Assembly (NCBI GenBank): GCA_964609805.1
Contig: CAZSTJ010000001.1
Location: 1-62,796 of the forward strand
DNA length: 62,796 bases
Source: an uncultured Geobacter sp.
Lineage (GTDB): Bacteria; Desulfobacterota; Desulfuromonadia; Geobacterales; Pseudopelobacteraceae
Direction of reading: 5' to 3'
In this document: in pieces, positions 1 to 8,534 of the stretch
How the letters are laid out: each line of letters starts with the position of its first letter
How positions within the stretch are numbered: the first letter of the stretch is position 1
The notes under the pieces: model-generated
Told to the model about the DNA's origin: nothing
Database searches by the model: none
The model's input: only the letters and a program-made list of their open reading frames with translations
Program-made: the position numbers and the translations under genes

Positions 1-266
1 TTGCGGTGGAGGACGAGGAGGTCTGTTACTTCGACAAGCCGAGTGCGTTCCGGGTCTTTGCCGAAAAAGCGGGCACCTTTGTTTCCGATCGTGCCGTGGG
101 CCGCTGGGTACGGGCCGGACAGGAACTGGGGTACATCTACGACAGTTTCGGCGGCAATGTCATCGAGAAGGTCGTCTCGCCGGTGGCGGGTCTGCTGACC
201 GGTATGCGTCGGCATCCGTTGCTGTTTGAAGGGGATCTGATCCTCAGAGTCAACAGGAAGGGATAA
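1..266 (+). CDS. 3' fragment of an AstE/AspA (succinylglutamate desuccinylase/aspartoacylase)-family protein; 5' end lies outside the window
   Basis: Frame is open from the window edge to TAA at 264-266. The C-terminal sequence ..GQELGYIYDSFG..VSPVAGLL..GDLILRV resembles the C-terminal domain of this zinc-hydrolase family. Confidence 0.4.
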   Translation, partial: AVEDEEVCYFDKPSAFRVFAEKAGTFVSDRAVGRWVRAGQELGYIYDSFGGNVIEKVVSPVAGLLTGMRRHPLLFEGDLILRVNRKG

Positions 267-284
267 AACCCAAAAAAGTATTTG

Positions 285-409
285 AAACACGGAGCAACTG
301 AGCAACTGAGTAAAACAAATAAGAAGGGTTCTTTGAGACTCACCGGTTTGTTGAATACGGCTTCTCATCCAAGATCTTGATTCTCAGTTGCTCCGTTGCT
401 CTGTGTTAT
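285..409. repeat. Inverted-repeat cassette (GAGCAAC 9-mer family), empty copy 1
   Basis: Left arm AAACACGGAGCAACTGAGCAACTGAG (285-310) is the reverse complement of right arm CTCAGTTGCTCCGTTGCTCTGTGTTAT (383-409). The spacer is 72 bp. The same arms recur at 46404, 51902, 54670 and 59073. Confidence 0.8.
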
Positions 410-468
410 TCGGACTGCCGTTTTAAGGAGACAGTATCCTGTTGTTTGATTTCAAAAGGGGATAATAC

Positions 469-900
469 ATGTCACACATCGATTTTTACACCAAACCGGG
501 GTGCGCAACCTCCGGTAAACAGATAGACCTGCTTCTATATGCCGGGCACGAGGTGGAGGTCCACAATCTGCTGAACCATCCCTGGACGGCAGAGGAACTG
601 CTCTCCTATTTCGGCGACCGGCCGGTGGCAGAGTGGTTCAACCCCAATTCTCCCCGGGTAAAATCGGGTGAGATAGAGCCGGCCGCTTATGATGCCGGGA
701 CCGCTCTTGAGTTGATGCAGGCCGATCACCTACTGATCAGGCGGCCGTTGATGGAATCGGGAGGGAAACGTTTGTGCGGGTTTGAACCGGATCAGGTGCA
801 TGCCTGGGTCGGACTGGGTGAGATGGTCTACCGCCGGGCCGCCGGGGAGGATTTTACCAGCTGTTCCCAACCGGCCTCGGAAGTGCAGCGGTGCCCTTAA
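469..900 (+). CDS. ArsC/Spx-fold 'nitrogenase-associated protein' family
   Basis: 143-aa ORF. The N-terminal 'FYTKPGCATSGKQ' and 'LLIRRPL' motifs are typical of ArsC-like thioredoxin-fold proteins. It sits in a nif neighbourhood. Confidence 0.55.
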   Translation: MSHIDFYTKPGCATSGKQIDLLLYAGHEVEVHNLLNHPWTAEELLSYFGDRPVAEWFNPNSPRVKSGEIEPAAYDAGTALELMQADHLLIRRPLMESGGKRLCGFEPDQVHAWVGLGEMVYRRAAGEDFTSCSQPASEVQRCP

Positions 901-915
901 ATTCAGGTAGGCCCC

Positions 916-1221
916 TCAACAGCTTTCGGTTTCGATCCGTTCCAACAGTTCCAGGGCCGGACCGTCGTTGTACTCTTCAAACAGTTCCCTGATGTTGTTG
1001 ATGTAGGAGTGAATCAGAAACAGCTCGTCCAGACAGCGGCCGCTGTTCAGATCAGGCTCGCCGACCCGCGCCAATTTCTCCTTGAACATCTCCCAGAAAC
1101 GGTTGCTCCGGGCGGGGTCGTCGATGTGCCGCCGGAGCATCTCCATCAGCTGCCGGGCATTACCGTCGCCGTCGATCCCCACGAATGAAACATACCGGTC
1201 AGGTTTATCGCTGTTCTTCAT
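916..1221 (-). CDS. cowN: N2-fixation sustaining protein CowN (protects nitrogenase from CO)
   Basis: 101-aa ORF with '[15 protein letters not shown]', 'HID', 'FW..F' and a C-terminal '[12 protein letters not shown]' pattern, as I recall for the CowN family. SD AAGGAAG lies upstream. Nif context. Confidence 0.55.
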   Translation of the reverse strand: MKNSDKPDRYVSFVGIDGDGNARQLMEMLRRHIDDPARSNRFWEMFKEKLARVGEPDLNSGRCLDELFLIHSYINNIRELFEEYNDGPALELLERIETESC

Positions 1222-1234
1222 TGATCTTCCTTTG

Positions 1235-1846
1235 CTATTTTACTGCTGTTACCAGTAGTACCGGGAACCGGCGCTCACCCTTGGCGATCTCCGTGACCCG
1301 TTGAACGGTAATCGATCGGAAGCCGGCTGCAGCCAGCAGGCTGGTGAGCTGTTGGCTGCTGAAGCCGTGGTGGAAGACACCGGTCGGGTCATCGTGGAAC
1401 GACCCGTCTTCGCTCTCCAGGTCCGCCAAGGCCACATGCCCGCCCGGTTGAAGCAGGGAGTGGAATGTCGCCAGGAGAGGCGGCAGCTGTTCCACATGGT
1501 GCAGCGTCATGGCGCTGGTGATCAGGTGGAACTGATCGGGGGCCGGTGCGGTCAATATCCGCTCAGCCGGTGCCGTCCGTACGTTGGTTAGTCCCAGTCG
1601 CTCTATCTTCTGCTCCAGTTGTGCGAGCATCCCCTCCGAACTGTCGACCCCGACGATGCGGCCAAGGTTGGGAGCAAGCTGCACGGTAACGAGACCGGTA
1701 CCGCAGCCGAAGTCCATGGCCTGCCATTCTGGTGATAACGTCACCGCAGACCGTATCGCAGCAGCAATCTCACTGCTCAGTTTCACCCGCCGCGGTTCTT
1801 CGTCCCAGCCGGCCGCCGCCGCATCAAAATCTCTTTTTTCCGTCAT
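1235..1846 (-). CDS. Class I SAM-dependent methyltransferase
   Basis: 203 aa. Carries the SAM-binding motif 'AMDFGCGTG' and a Methyltransf_11-like core. Confidence 0.8.
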   Translation of the reverse strand: MTEKRDFDAAAAGWDEEPRRVKLSSEIAAAIRSAVTLSPEWQAMDFGCGTGLVTVQLAPNLGRIVGVDSSEGMLAQLEQKIERLGLTNVRTAPAERILTAPAPDQFHLITSAMTLHHVEQLPPLLATFHSLLQPGGHVALADLESEDGSFHDDPTGVFHHGFSSQQLTSLLAAAGFRSITVQRVTEIAKGERRFPVLLVTAVK

Positions 1847-2541
1847 GCCGCACCTCCCGGTTTGCTGTCATTCCTGATCTGCAGATATTCACAAAGTTCC
1901 GTGCTGCTGATGACGGCGATCCCTTTTCTTCGAAAACGTTCCAGTACCTTGTTCATATCCCGGCCGGTCATGATCGCATCACTCACCACCGTAACCCGGT
2001 ACCCCCTGTTGAGGGCGCCGCAGGCGGTGTAATAGACACAGAACGCAGCATCCAGGCCGACCAGAAAGATCTCCGTGACGTGACGGTCGATCAGGAACTG
2101 TTCCAGGCGGTGGTTGGAAAAGGCGTCGGTGCGGTTTTTGGCAAAGTCATGGCCGTTAACGACCTTTACCCAGCGGCAGATGCGCGGCTCCAACCTCCCG
2201 CCGAGGATCCGCCCTCCATGCAGCCGGGTAACAAAGTTGTTGGAAAATACCTGCCGGACGTAGGCGATCTCGCCGCCGGTCTGCTCAAAGCAGTCCACCA
2301 ACCGGTTGACGGCAGTGATCATTTTGCCTAACCGGGTGTGGGCCGGGAATGGCATGTCCGGGGCGTGGCCGCTTTCCTGAATATCCAACACCAGCAGTGC
2401 CCTGGCGGGGGTTTCATAGTTTCCTATTTTTCTGCCTCGGGTGGGGATAAACATGTTTCTGAGGACATACAGCCCCACTGCGGCCACCAGAAGCAGAAGC
2501 AGGGCAAGGAGAACGGTGATAACAGTGAAGAGGGTGGACAT
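1843..2541 (-). CDS. Isochorismatase-family cysteine hydrolase with an N-terminal membrane anchor
   Basis: ATG at 2539-2541 (MSTLFTVITVLLALLLLLV..) with SD GGAGA upstream. The isochorismatase core is 'ALLVLDIQ', 'VGLDAAFCV'. The longer ORF-track start would overlap the rhodanese gene. Confidence 0.7.
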   Translation of the reverse strand: MSTLFTVITVLLALLLLLVAAVGLYVLRNMFIPTRGRKIGNYETPARALLVLDIQESGHAPDMPFPAHTRLGKMITAVNRLVDCFEQTGGEIAYVRQVFSNNFVTRLHGGRILGGRLEPRICRWVKVVNGHDFAKNRTDAFSNHRLEQFLIDRHVTEIFLVGLDAAFCVYYTACGALNRGYRVTVVSDAIMTGRDMNKVLERFRRKGIAVISSTELCEYLQIRNDSKPGGAA

Positions 2542-2546
2542 GGGAC

Positions 2547-2876
2547 TCACTTCTCCAGAGGGAACCGCTCCCTGCGCCATCGCGACATGTGCCCTTCGAG
2601 CAGTACCGTGTTCCGGTAGCCGAGCCACCCAAGGATGGCTTGAGCCAATTGGGCCCGGGGGCCATGTTCGCAGGTCACCACCAGTTGACAATTCTTGTCG
2701 GTCGGCAGCGGGGCGATCCGCAGCAGAATCTTCAGGCCCGGGGCGTGGATGGCACCGGGGATATGCCCGTTGCGGAATTCGATGCCGCTGCGGACATCGA
2801 GGACAACCGGGGCTTTCTTCGATGTCATGAGCTGGTGCAGTTCTTTTGCTTGCATGCTGTTCTCCCGTGCCGGCAT
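2547..2876 (-). CDS. Rhodanese-domain sulfurtransferase
   Basis: Carries 'VLDVRSGIEFRNGHIPGAIH' and the active-site loop 'CEHGPRA'. The ATG overlaps the arsR stop codon (ATGA coupling). Confidence 0.8.
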   Translation of the reverse strand: MPARENSMQAKELHQLMTSKKAPVVLDVRSGIEFRNGHIPGAIHAPGLKILLRIAPLPTDKNCQLVVTCEHGPRAQLAQAILGWLGYRNTVLLEGHMSRWRRERFPLEK

Positions 2877-3211
2877 CAATCAGGTATGTTTATCATGGCA
2901 ATTATCCGTTTGGCCAGAGGATCAACGACAGAATAGTGCATTTCCGGTCCGGTGCGCCTGCCATCGATGATCCCGAGATGTTTAAGGATGGCCAGCTGCT
3001 GCGACACGGTCGCCTGTCGCAGCCCGAGCGGTTCCCAGATACTCTTGACCGTACGCCCTCCCTGCTGCAGAGCGGTCAGGATTCTCAGTCGAGTCGGATG
3101 GCCGAGCAACTTGATGATTGAAGCCGCTTTCGCGAGGCAGGTGCCGTTGGTAAAACTGTCACTGATAGAAGCTGTTGTGGAACCCGGGGGTGTCATGCCG
3201 TACTCCTCCAT
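2876..3211 (-). CDS. ArsR/SmtB-family metalloregulator-type transcriptional repressor
   Basis: Winged-HTH signature 'LLGHPTRLRILTAL..GGRTVKSIWEPLGLRQATVSQQLAILKHLGII'. Confidence 0.85.
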   Translation of the reverse strand: MEEYGMTPPGSTTASISDSFTNGTCLAKAASIIKLLGHPTRLRILTALQQGGRTVKSIWEPLGLRQATVSQQLAILKHLGIIDGRRTGPEMHYSVVDPLAKRIIAMINIPD

Positions 3212-3238
3212 GAAAGGGTACGGTCAGTTTAAAATACA

Positions 3239-3258
3239 AATATATGAATGTCAATATA
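3239..3258. promoter_or_regulatory. ATATAT-N8-ATATAT dyad overlapping a minus-strand TTGACA-N17-TAAACT promoter of the arsR-cowN operon
   Basis: Plus strand reads ATATATGAATGTCAATATAT. On the minus strand the -35 TTGACA lies inside the dyad. Candidate ArsR-family (or ModE-like) operator. Confidence 0.35.
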
Positions 3259-3281
3259 TGTAAGAGGTCTTAAGCGGTCAC

Positions 3282-3722
3282 TTACGCTGTGGGTTCAGTG
3301 ATACCATCAACCCGCAGGGCAAAGGTCAGGCTGCACCCTGCCAGGGGATGATTGCCATCCATGGTCACCTCCGTATCAGTGACGGTGGTTATCAGCATGA
3401 CCCGGGAGTCGCCCCCCTTGAATTCGATGTTCAATCGCTGCCCGACGAGTAATTCCTTATCGGCGGGAAAGATTGTGCGGGATACGGTGATGATGTTTTC
3501 GGGCAGTCGGGGGCCGTAGGCCTGTTCCGGGGCGAGGACGATGTTCGCAACCTCACCCGCTTTCATGCCGAGCAGTTCCTGTTCCAGGGCCGGGAATACC
3601 TGGCCGGCCCCGATTGTGAGGGTAAGGGGGCCGTCCTCCTCGGTGCTCTGGAAGATTCGGCCATTGTCCAGGGTGCCGATGTAACTGATGGTGACCGTAC
3701 TGCCGTGGGTGATGATCGTCAT
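3282..3722 (-). CDS. FKBP-type peptidyl-prolyl cis-trans isomerase, SlyD-like (no His-rich tail)
   Basis: 146 aa starting MTIITHGSTVTISYIGTLDNG. It has an FKBP core plus an insert-in-flap region 'MDGNHPLAG..L.F'. The ATG overlaps the upstream stop codon by 4 nt. Confidence 0.8.
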   Translation of the reverse strand: MTIITHGSTVTISYIGTLDNGRIFQSTEEDGPLTLTIGAGQVFPALEQELLGMKAGEVANIVLAPEQAYGPRLPENIITVSRTIFPADKELLVGQRLNIEFKGGDSRVMLITTVTDTEVTMDGNHPLAGCSLTFALRVDGITEPTA

Positions 3723-4051
3723 GATGTTGGCTCCTTTGATACAACATTCCCGCAACCGCAGGCGCCGCAGGTACAGATCCGCAGTTCGCATACGCGGCAT
3801 CCGGGGTTTTTGGGGTCGCGGCCGTCCACGGTTGTGCCGCAGGCAGGGCAGGCGTAGCGATAAAAGGGAAAGTTGCAGTTACGACAGATCAGCATCCCCG
3901 GATGCCCTTCATGCGGCACTATGTGCACAGATCCACAGATCAGGCAGATCGTGGCCATCTCCGGCCTGTTCCTGATGCCATCACGGTGTTTGCGGTAATG
4001 GTTGAACAATTCATCCGCCTGGCGGTGATCAAGGGTGATGCCGGATTCCAT
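3719..4051 (-). CDS. Cys-rich zinc-ribbon protein of unknown function
   Basis: 110 aa with 15 Cys arranged mainly as CxxC pairs plus a C-terminal CxCxxCxC cluster (CLIC, CRNC, CPAC, CRVC, CTCGACGC). It is translationally coupled to the SlyD-like gene. Confidence 0.5.
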   Translation of the reverse strand: MESGITLDHRQADELFNHYRKHRDGIRNRPEMATICLICGSVHIVPHEGHPGMLICRNCNFPFYRYACPACGTTVDGRDPKNPGCRVCELRICTCGACGCGNVVSKEPTS

Positions 4052-4293
4052 GCAGGTCTCCTTTAATAAATCGTCGGAAAGTGCGGAGCCGGTTCCACTA
4101 CGTTTGAACCGGCCTACAGTGAAGTATCGGAGAGTGCAACAATTCGGCCGATATTTTCCGGCTCTATCCGGTTGATATTCGTAGGCCGTATCAAGCGGAG
4201 CGGATACGGCGAATGTTTCTGAATAACATCACCACGGTTTTGGACCGAACACCGTGCATGAATGACAGGCACCATGCCTAAAACATGGACAAC

Positions 4294-4317
4294 CGTTATA
4301 TAGTTTGGTATATAACG
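4294..4317. promoter_or_regulatory. ModE operator (molybdate-responsive) upstream of modEABC
   Basis: Perfect dyad CGTTATATA-GTTTGG-TATATAACG. It matches the known ModE box consensus CG-TATATA-N6-TATATA-CG and lies 108 bp upstream of modE. Confidence 0.65.
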
Positions 4318-4424
4318 ATAAAGAGCGTCCTGTTACAAAAGACTGAAATTACATGGTTAAATAAATATTGCGCTTGGCACGTTGATTGAAAAGGTATGCT
4401 TGGATGCGGTTGAGGTGACGACCC

Positions 4425-5240
4425 ATGAACAAACTAAAATCACATACAATTACCGCTGTCTCCGGGTCGGTAAACCTGAAGCGCAATGAACGCGAGTTCC
4501 TGGGGGTGGAGCAGATCCGCCTGCTCCGCCTGATCGACGAGCAGGGTTCCATCACCCGGGCTGCACAATCCGCAGGCATCAGCTACAAAACTGCCTGGGA
4601 TACGGTCAGTCTGATCAACAACCTGGCCGATGAGTTGTTGGTTGAGCGGAGTGCCGGCGGTAAAGGTGGTGGGGGAACCCGCCTGACCCCGGCGGGGAAA
4701 CGGATGCTTGAGCATTTTACCGTGCTCGAGGAAGAGCATGCCAGGTTCCTGGAGAACCTGTCACAGCGATTGGTCAACGGCGACCACCTCTACACACTGT
4801 TGAGGAGGATTACTATGAAAGTCAGCGCACGTAACGTATTCAGCGGAAAAATCGAACAGGTAACCACCGGAGCCGTCAACGCCGAAGTCACCCTGGCCCT
4901 GTCGGGGGGGGCACAGTTGACGGCGATTGTTACCAACGGAGCCGTGGCTAATCTCGGGTTGAAAGCCGGTATGTCGGCCTATGCCATTGTTAAGGCAAGT
5001 TCCGTCATCGTCGGCACCGATCTCCATGATGCAAAGGTCAGTGCCCGGAATATCTTCTGCGGTACGATTGCCAAGCTGCTGCCCGGTGCCGTCAGCGCCG
5101 AGGTGGATATCGAGATTGGCGGCGGTAACGTAATCAGCGCTATTATCACCAACGAAAGCGCCTCCCGTCTGGAACTGAAGGAGGGGGGGCATGCCTGCAC
5201 CCTGTTCAAGGCCTCCAGCGTTATTATCGGTGTGGACTGA
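4425..5240 (+). CDS. modE: Molybdate-dependent transcriptional regulator ModE (HTH plus two Mop/TOBE domains)
   Basis: N-terminal 'LRLIDEQGSITRAAQSAGISYKTAWD'. Two C-terminal 'SARN.F.G.I' TOBE repeats. Confidence 0.85.
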   Translation: MNKLKSHTITAVSGSVNLKRNEREFLGVEQIRLLRLIDEQGSITRAAQSAGISYKTAWDTVSLINNLADELLVERSAGGKGGGGTRLTPAGKRMLEHFTVLEEEHARFLENLSQRLVNGDHLYTLLRRITMKVSARNVFSGKIEQVTTGAVNAEVTLALSGGAQLTAIVTNGAVANLGLKAGMSAYAIVKASSVIVGTDLHDAKVSARNIFCGTIAKLLPGAVSAEVDIEIGGGNVISAIITNESASRLELKEGGHACTLFKASSVIIGVD

Positions 5241-5249
5241 GGGGTGGCG

Positions 5250-5987
5250 ATGAGATCAATTCTGACAACGCTCTGTTTGTTACTGTGCGCACTGCCGGTA
5301 CAGGCAGGTGAGGTAAATTTGTTTGCCGCCGCCAGCATGAAAGAAGTCTTCAACGAACTGTCCGGCAACTATGCCAAAACACACCCGGGGGTAACCTTCA
5401 AGAAGAACTACGGCGCTTCAGGGGCACTTGCCAAGCAGATCGAGAACGGCGCACCGGCGGATATTTTTATATCCGCCAATACGGAGTGGATGGACTACTT
5501 GAAAGCCAAGAAACTGGCCGATGAGAAAAGCATCGACACCTTTGCTTATAACGTGCTGGTCTTTGCGGGCAAGCCGGAGTTGAAGATCAGCAGTCTGCAG
5601 GAGGTCGTCAAACTGAACAAGATCGCCATCGGCAGCCCGAAAAGTGTGCCGGCTGGAGAATACGCCATGGAAGCATTCAAAAAGGTCGGCATCGAAAAAC
5701 AGCTGGAGAAGAAGCTTGTCATGGCCAGGGATGTGCGTGAGTGTCTGATGTATGCCGATCGAGGTGAAGTTGACGGGGCATTCGTCTACAAGACCGACGC
5801 CCAGCAGGTGGCCAAGGCCGTCAAGATACTCTTTACGGTTCCTCAGGAATATTATCCCCGAGTGACCTATCCGATGGCACTCACAATTGCCGGGGCAAAA
5901 AAAGGTGATGCAGTGGCATTCTATAACGTCCTGAAATCAGCTGAAGCTCAAGTCGTCTTGAAGAGACACGGATTCATCGTCAAATAG
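5250..5987 (+). CDS. modA: Molybdate ABC transporter substrate-binding protein
   Basis: Signal peptide, then 'LFAAASMKEVFNEL', 'GASGALAKQIENGAPADIFISA'. ATG 5250 follows SD GAGGGG; GTG 5244 is an alternative start. Confidence 0.9.
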   Translation: MRSILTTLCLLLCALPVQAGEVNLFAAASMKEVFNELSGNYAKTHPGVTFKKNYGASGALAKQIENGAPADIFISANTEWMDYLKAKKLADEKSIDTFAYNVLVFAGKPELKISSLQEVVKLNKIAIGSPKSVPAGEYAMEAFKKVGIEKQLEKKLVMARDVRECLMYADRGEVDGAFVYKTDAQQVAKAVKILFTVPQEYYPRVTYPMALTIAGAKKGDAVAFYNVLKSAEAQVVLKRHGFIVK

Positions 5988-5996
5988 AGGGGCATC

Positions 5997-6683
5997 GTGC
6001 CTGAATTTACCTCCGCAGAATATACGGCAATACTGCTTTCGCTGAAGGTCTCAACGGTGGCGACCCTGTTGTCGCTGCCGCCAGGCTTTCTTATCGCCTA
6101 TGCCATGACCTACGGGCGGTTTCGGGGAAAGGTGGCGCTTGACGTGATCGTCAACCTTCCGCTCACTCTGCCGCCGGTGGTGATCGGCTATTTCCTGCTT
6201 CTCCTTCTGGGACAGAAGGGGTATGTCGGCCGGCACCTGCTGCAGCCATTGGGTATAACGCTGATCTTTACCTGGAAAGCGGCAGTGATCGCCACTGCCG
6301 TAGTGGGGTTTCCCCTGTTGGTGCGCTCTATTCGCATTGGTATGGAGTCTATTGACGAGGGGCTGATCCAGGCCTCCCGAACCCTAGGAGCGAGCCGCTT
6401 TGACAGTATGATGACGGTGATCATTCCGCTGTCACTACGGGGGATAATTGCCGGATCGACCCTTATGTTTGCTCGCGGTCTGGGGGAGTTCGGTGCAACT
6501 ATCATTGTCGCCGGCAACATGCCGGGTGTAACCCAGACAATACCGCTGGCAATCTATGAATACACCAGCTCACCGGATGGAGACAGCATGGCCATGGCTC
6601 TGTGTATCGTCTCTGTTGCGATATCAGTTGTGGTGTTACTTTTCCATGAATATCTCAGCCGTCGCATGGTCAGGGAGGAGTGA
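5997..6683 (+). CDS. modB: Molybdate ABC transporter permease
   Basis: Multi-TM protein with the EAA loop 'ASRTLGASRFDSMMTVIIPL'. Confidence 0.9.
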   Translation: MPEFTSAEYTAILLSLKVSTVATLLSLPPGFLIAYAMTYGRFRGKVALDVIVNLPLTLPPVVIGYFLLLLLGQKGYVGRHLLQPLGITLIFTWKAAVIATAVVGFPLLVRSIRIGMESIDEGLIQASRTLGASRFDSMMTVIIPLSLRGIIAGSTLMFARGLGEFGATIIVAGNMPGVTQTIPLAIYEYTSSPDGDSMAMALCIVSVAISVVVLLFHEYLSRRMVREE

Positions 6684-6684
6684 C

Positions 6685-7740
6685 ATGGATCTGCGCATTG
6701 CAGTAACCAAAGCCTTTCCTGCATTTGACCTGGCGATTGACGTGACGGCTTTACGGGCCAGGACCGGAATATTCGGCCCCTCCGGCAGTGGCAAGTCGAC
6801 CCTGGTGAGAATGATCGCCGGGTTGGACCGTCCCGACAGCGGTGAGATCTCTTTTGGCGGCGAAACTCTTTTCAAGGCTGGTGAAGTGGATCTGCCACCG
6901 CATCGGCGCCGCATCGGCATCATCTTCCAGCACCCCCATTTATTCCCACACTTATCAGCCAGGGCCAACCTGCTTTATGGACTCAAACGCTGTCCTGCTT
7001 CCTCCCGGAGGATCGATTTCGACACTCTGATAGATGTGTTGCAAATTAACCGCCTGCTGGATCGTGGTGTCAACAACCTCTCAGGCGGTGAAAAACAGCG
7101 GGTGGCTATCGGCCGTGCGGTACTCTCCAACCCGCGTCTGCTCCTGATGGACGAACCTCTGTCTGCTCTGGACGATACCCTGCGTTTCCAGATTATTGCC
7201 CACCTGAAGGCTGTCAGCAGCCAGTTCAGTATCCCCTACCTGTTTATCTCCCACTCCTTGCTGGAGATGCGACTTATGGCGGATGAAGTAATCAGTGTTG
7301 AAGGCGGCCGCGTAGCCGGCTGCGGTAACCCTGAAGAACTGGCCCGCCAGCGCCTTGGCAGCAGCCCGGTGGGGTATATCAACCTGCTGGAGCTGGGGAG
7401 GCCCGCTCCTTCGGCCGGGTTGTTTGCCTATCCCTGGGGAGAGGGGCGCCTGCTCCTCTCTGTGGATTCAGGTCGGGAACGCTCATTAGCCGAACTCTCC
7501 TCCAAGGATATCATCCTCTTCAAACAGCATCCCGAGGCCATCAGTGCCCGTAATCTGCTGCAGTGTACCGTACGTACCTTGTTTCAGTCCGGCCGCAAGA
7601 TTGGTATCGAGCTGGACTCTGCCGGCAACACCCTGATTGCCGAGGTGGTGCAGGATGCGGTAAACGAGTTGGGCATCACGTCGGGCAGTACCATATACGC
7701 TGCCATTAAGGCCTCGGCATTCCGCATGTTGCCGGGATAA
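6685..7740 (+). CDS. modC: Molybdate ABC transporter ATP-binding protein with C-terminal TOBE domain
   Basis: The true start is ATG 6685, right after the modB stop. It has Walker A 'GPSGSGKST', signature 'LSGGEKQR' and Walker B 'LLLMDEP'. The ORF-track N-terminal extension overlaps modB. Confidence 0.9.
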   Translation: MDLRIAVTKAFPAFDLAIDVTALRARTGIFGPSGSGKSTLVRMIAGLDRPDSGEISFGGETLFKAGEVDLPPHRRRIGIIFQHPHLFPHLSARANLLYGLKRCPASSRRIDFDTLIDVLQINRLLDRGVNNLSGGEKQRVAIGRAVLSNPRLLLMDEPLSALDDTLRFQIIAHLKAVSSQFSIPYLFISHSLLEMRLMADEVISVEGGRVAGCGNPEELARQRLGSSPVGYINLLELGRPAPSAGLFAYPWGEGRLLLSVDSGRERSLAELSSKDIILFKQHPEAISARNLLQCTVRTLFQSGRKIGIELDSAGNTLIAEVVQDAVNELGITSGSTIYAAIKASAFRMLPG

Positions 7741-7859
7741 TTGCAATCATTCCTGGTGTCTGAACTCCGTATGTTGCATGCCCCGCCAGATTTTGCTTGC
7801 TATAATTCAGAAAACAATATATATGTCTTTTGCAAATAAGTTCGTTTGTTGAGGTTTAA

Positions 7860-8534
7860 ATGAAAAGTTTGATTCAATCGGCATCGGTTTCGGTGCCGTT
7901 ACCTGCAAAACCTCTCTACCGTTGGTTGCTTGGACTGTTTATGATCCTGGTGATTGCGATCGGGTGGCGTTATCCCGCCATGGGGTTTGCTGTGCCGGTT
8001 GCGATGATGGCCGGGATGGTCGGCGGTCTGTTCAGGGGGCGCTACGTCTGCGGCAATGTCTGCCCGCGGGGGAGCTTTTACGATACGCTCTTCACCTTTG
8101 TCGGCGGGCAGCGGCCGGTGCCGGCGCTGTTTCTCAATGCCACGTTCCGGTGGGGGATAATGGCGGTGCTGATGGGATTCATGACCTGGCGCATCGCCCA
8201 GAATCCCGGGGAATGGCGCCACTGGGGGACCGTGTTCTGGAGCATGTGCCTGATTACCACGGCGGTCGGCATTCCATTGGGCATGATGTATCGTTCCCGC
8301 AGCTGGTGCTCGTTCTGCCCGGTCGGGACCGTTGCCGCTGCTGTCGGCGGCACCAGGTACCGTCTTGAGATTTCCGATGACTGCCGCCAGTGCGGTGTCT
8401 GCGAATCGTCATGCCCTATGGGGCTGAGTATAGCGGAACATCGTGACAGCGGAGTACTACCCCACCACGACTGCATCAAATGTTCATCCTGCGCTGATAC
8501 CTGCCCCAAAGGTGCCCTCTCGTGGCCTGCTTAA
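7860..8534 (+). CDS. Membrane-bound 4Fe-4S ferredoxin-type protein (NapH/MauN-like)
   Basis: Several TM helices, 'CGNVCPRG', 'CSFCPVG' and a C-terminal 'CRQCGVCESSCP ... CIKCSSCADTCP'. Confidence 0.7.
   Translation: MKSLIQSASVSVPLPAKPLYRWLLGLFMILVIAIGWRYPAMGFAVPVAMMAGMVGGLFRGRYVCGNVCPRGSFYDTLFTFVGGQRPVPALFLNATFRWGIMAVLMGFMTWRIAQNPGEWRHWGTVFWSMCLITTAVGIPLGMMYRSRSWCSFCPVGTVAAAVGGTRYRLEISDDCRQCGVCESSCPMGLSIAEHRDSGVLPHHDCIKCSSCADTCPKGALSWPA

Noticed and set aside
4160-4215. Inverted repeat GCCGTATC-N12-GATACGGC in the modE/Cys-rich divergent region
   Set aside because: It is an 8-bp stem without a U-tract and does not recur elsewhere in the window. No function can be supported.
7808-7835. A/T-rich stretch CAGAAAACAATATATATGTCTTTTGCAAATA upstream of the 4Fe-4S membrane protein, considered as a second ModE box
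   Set aside because: It contains a TATAT half-site but no matching inverted half at 6-8 bp spacing.
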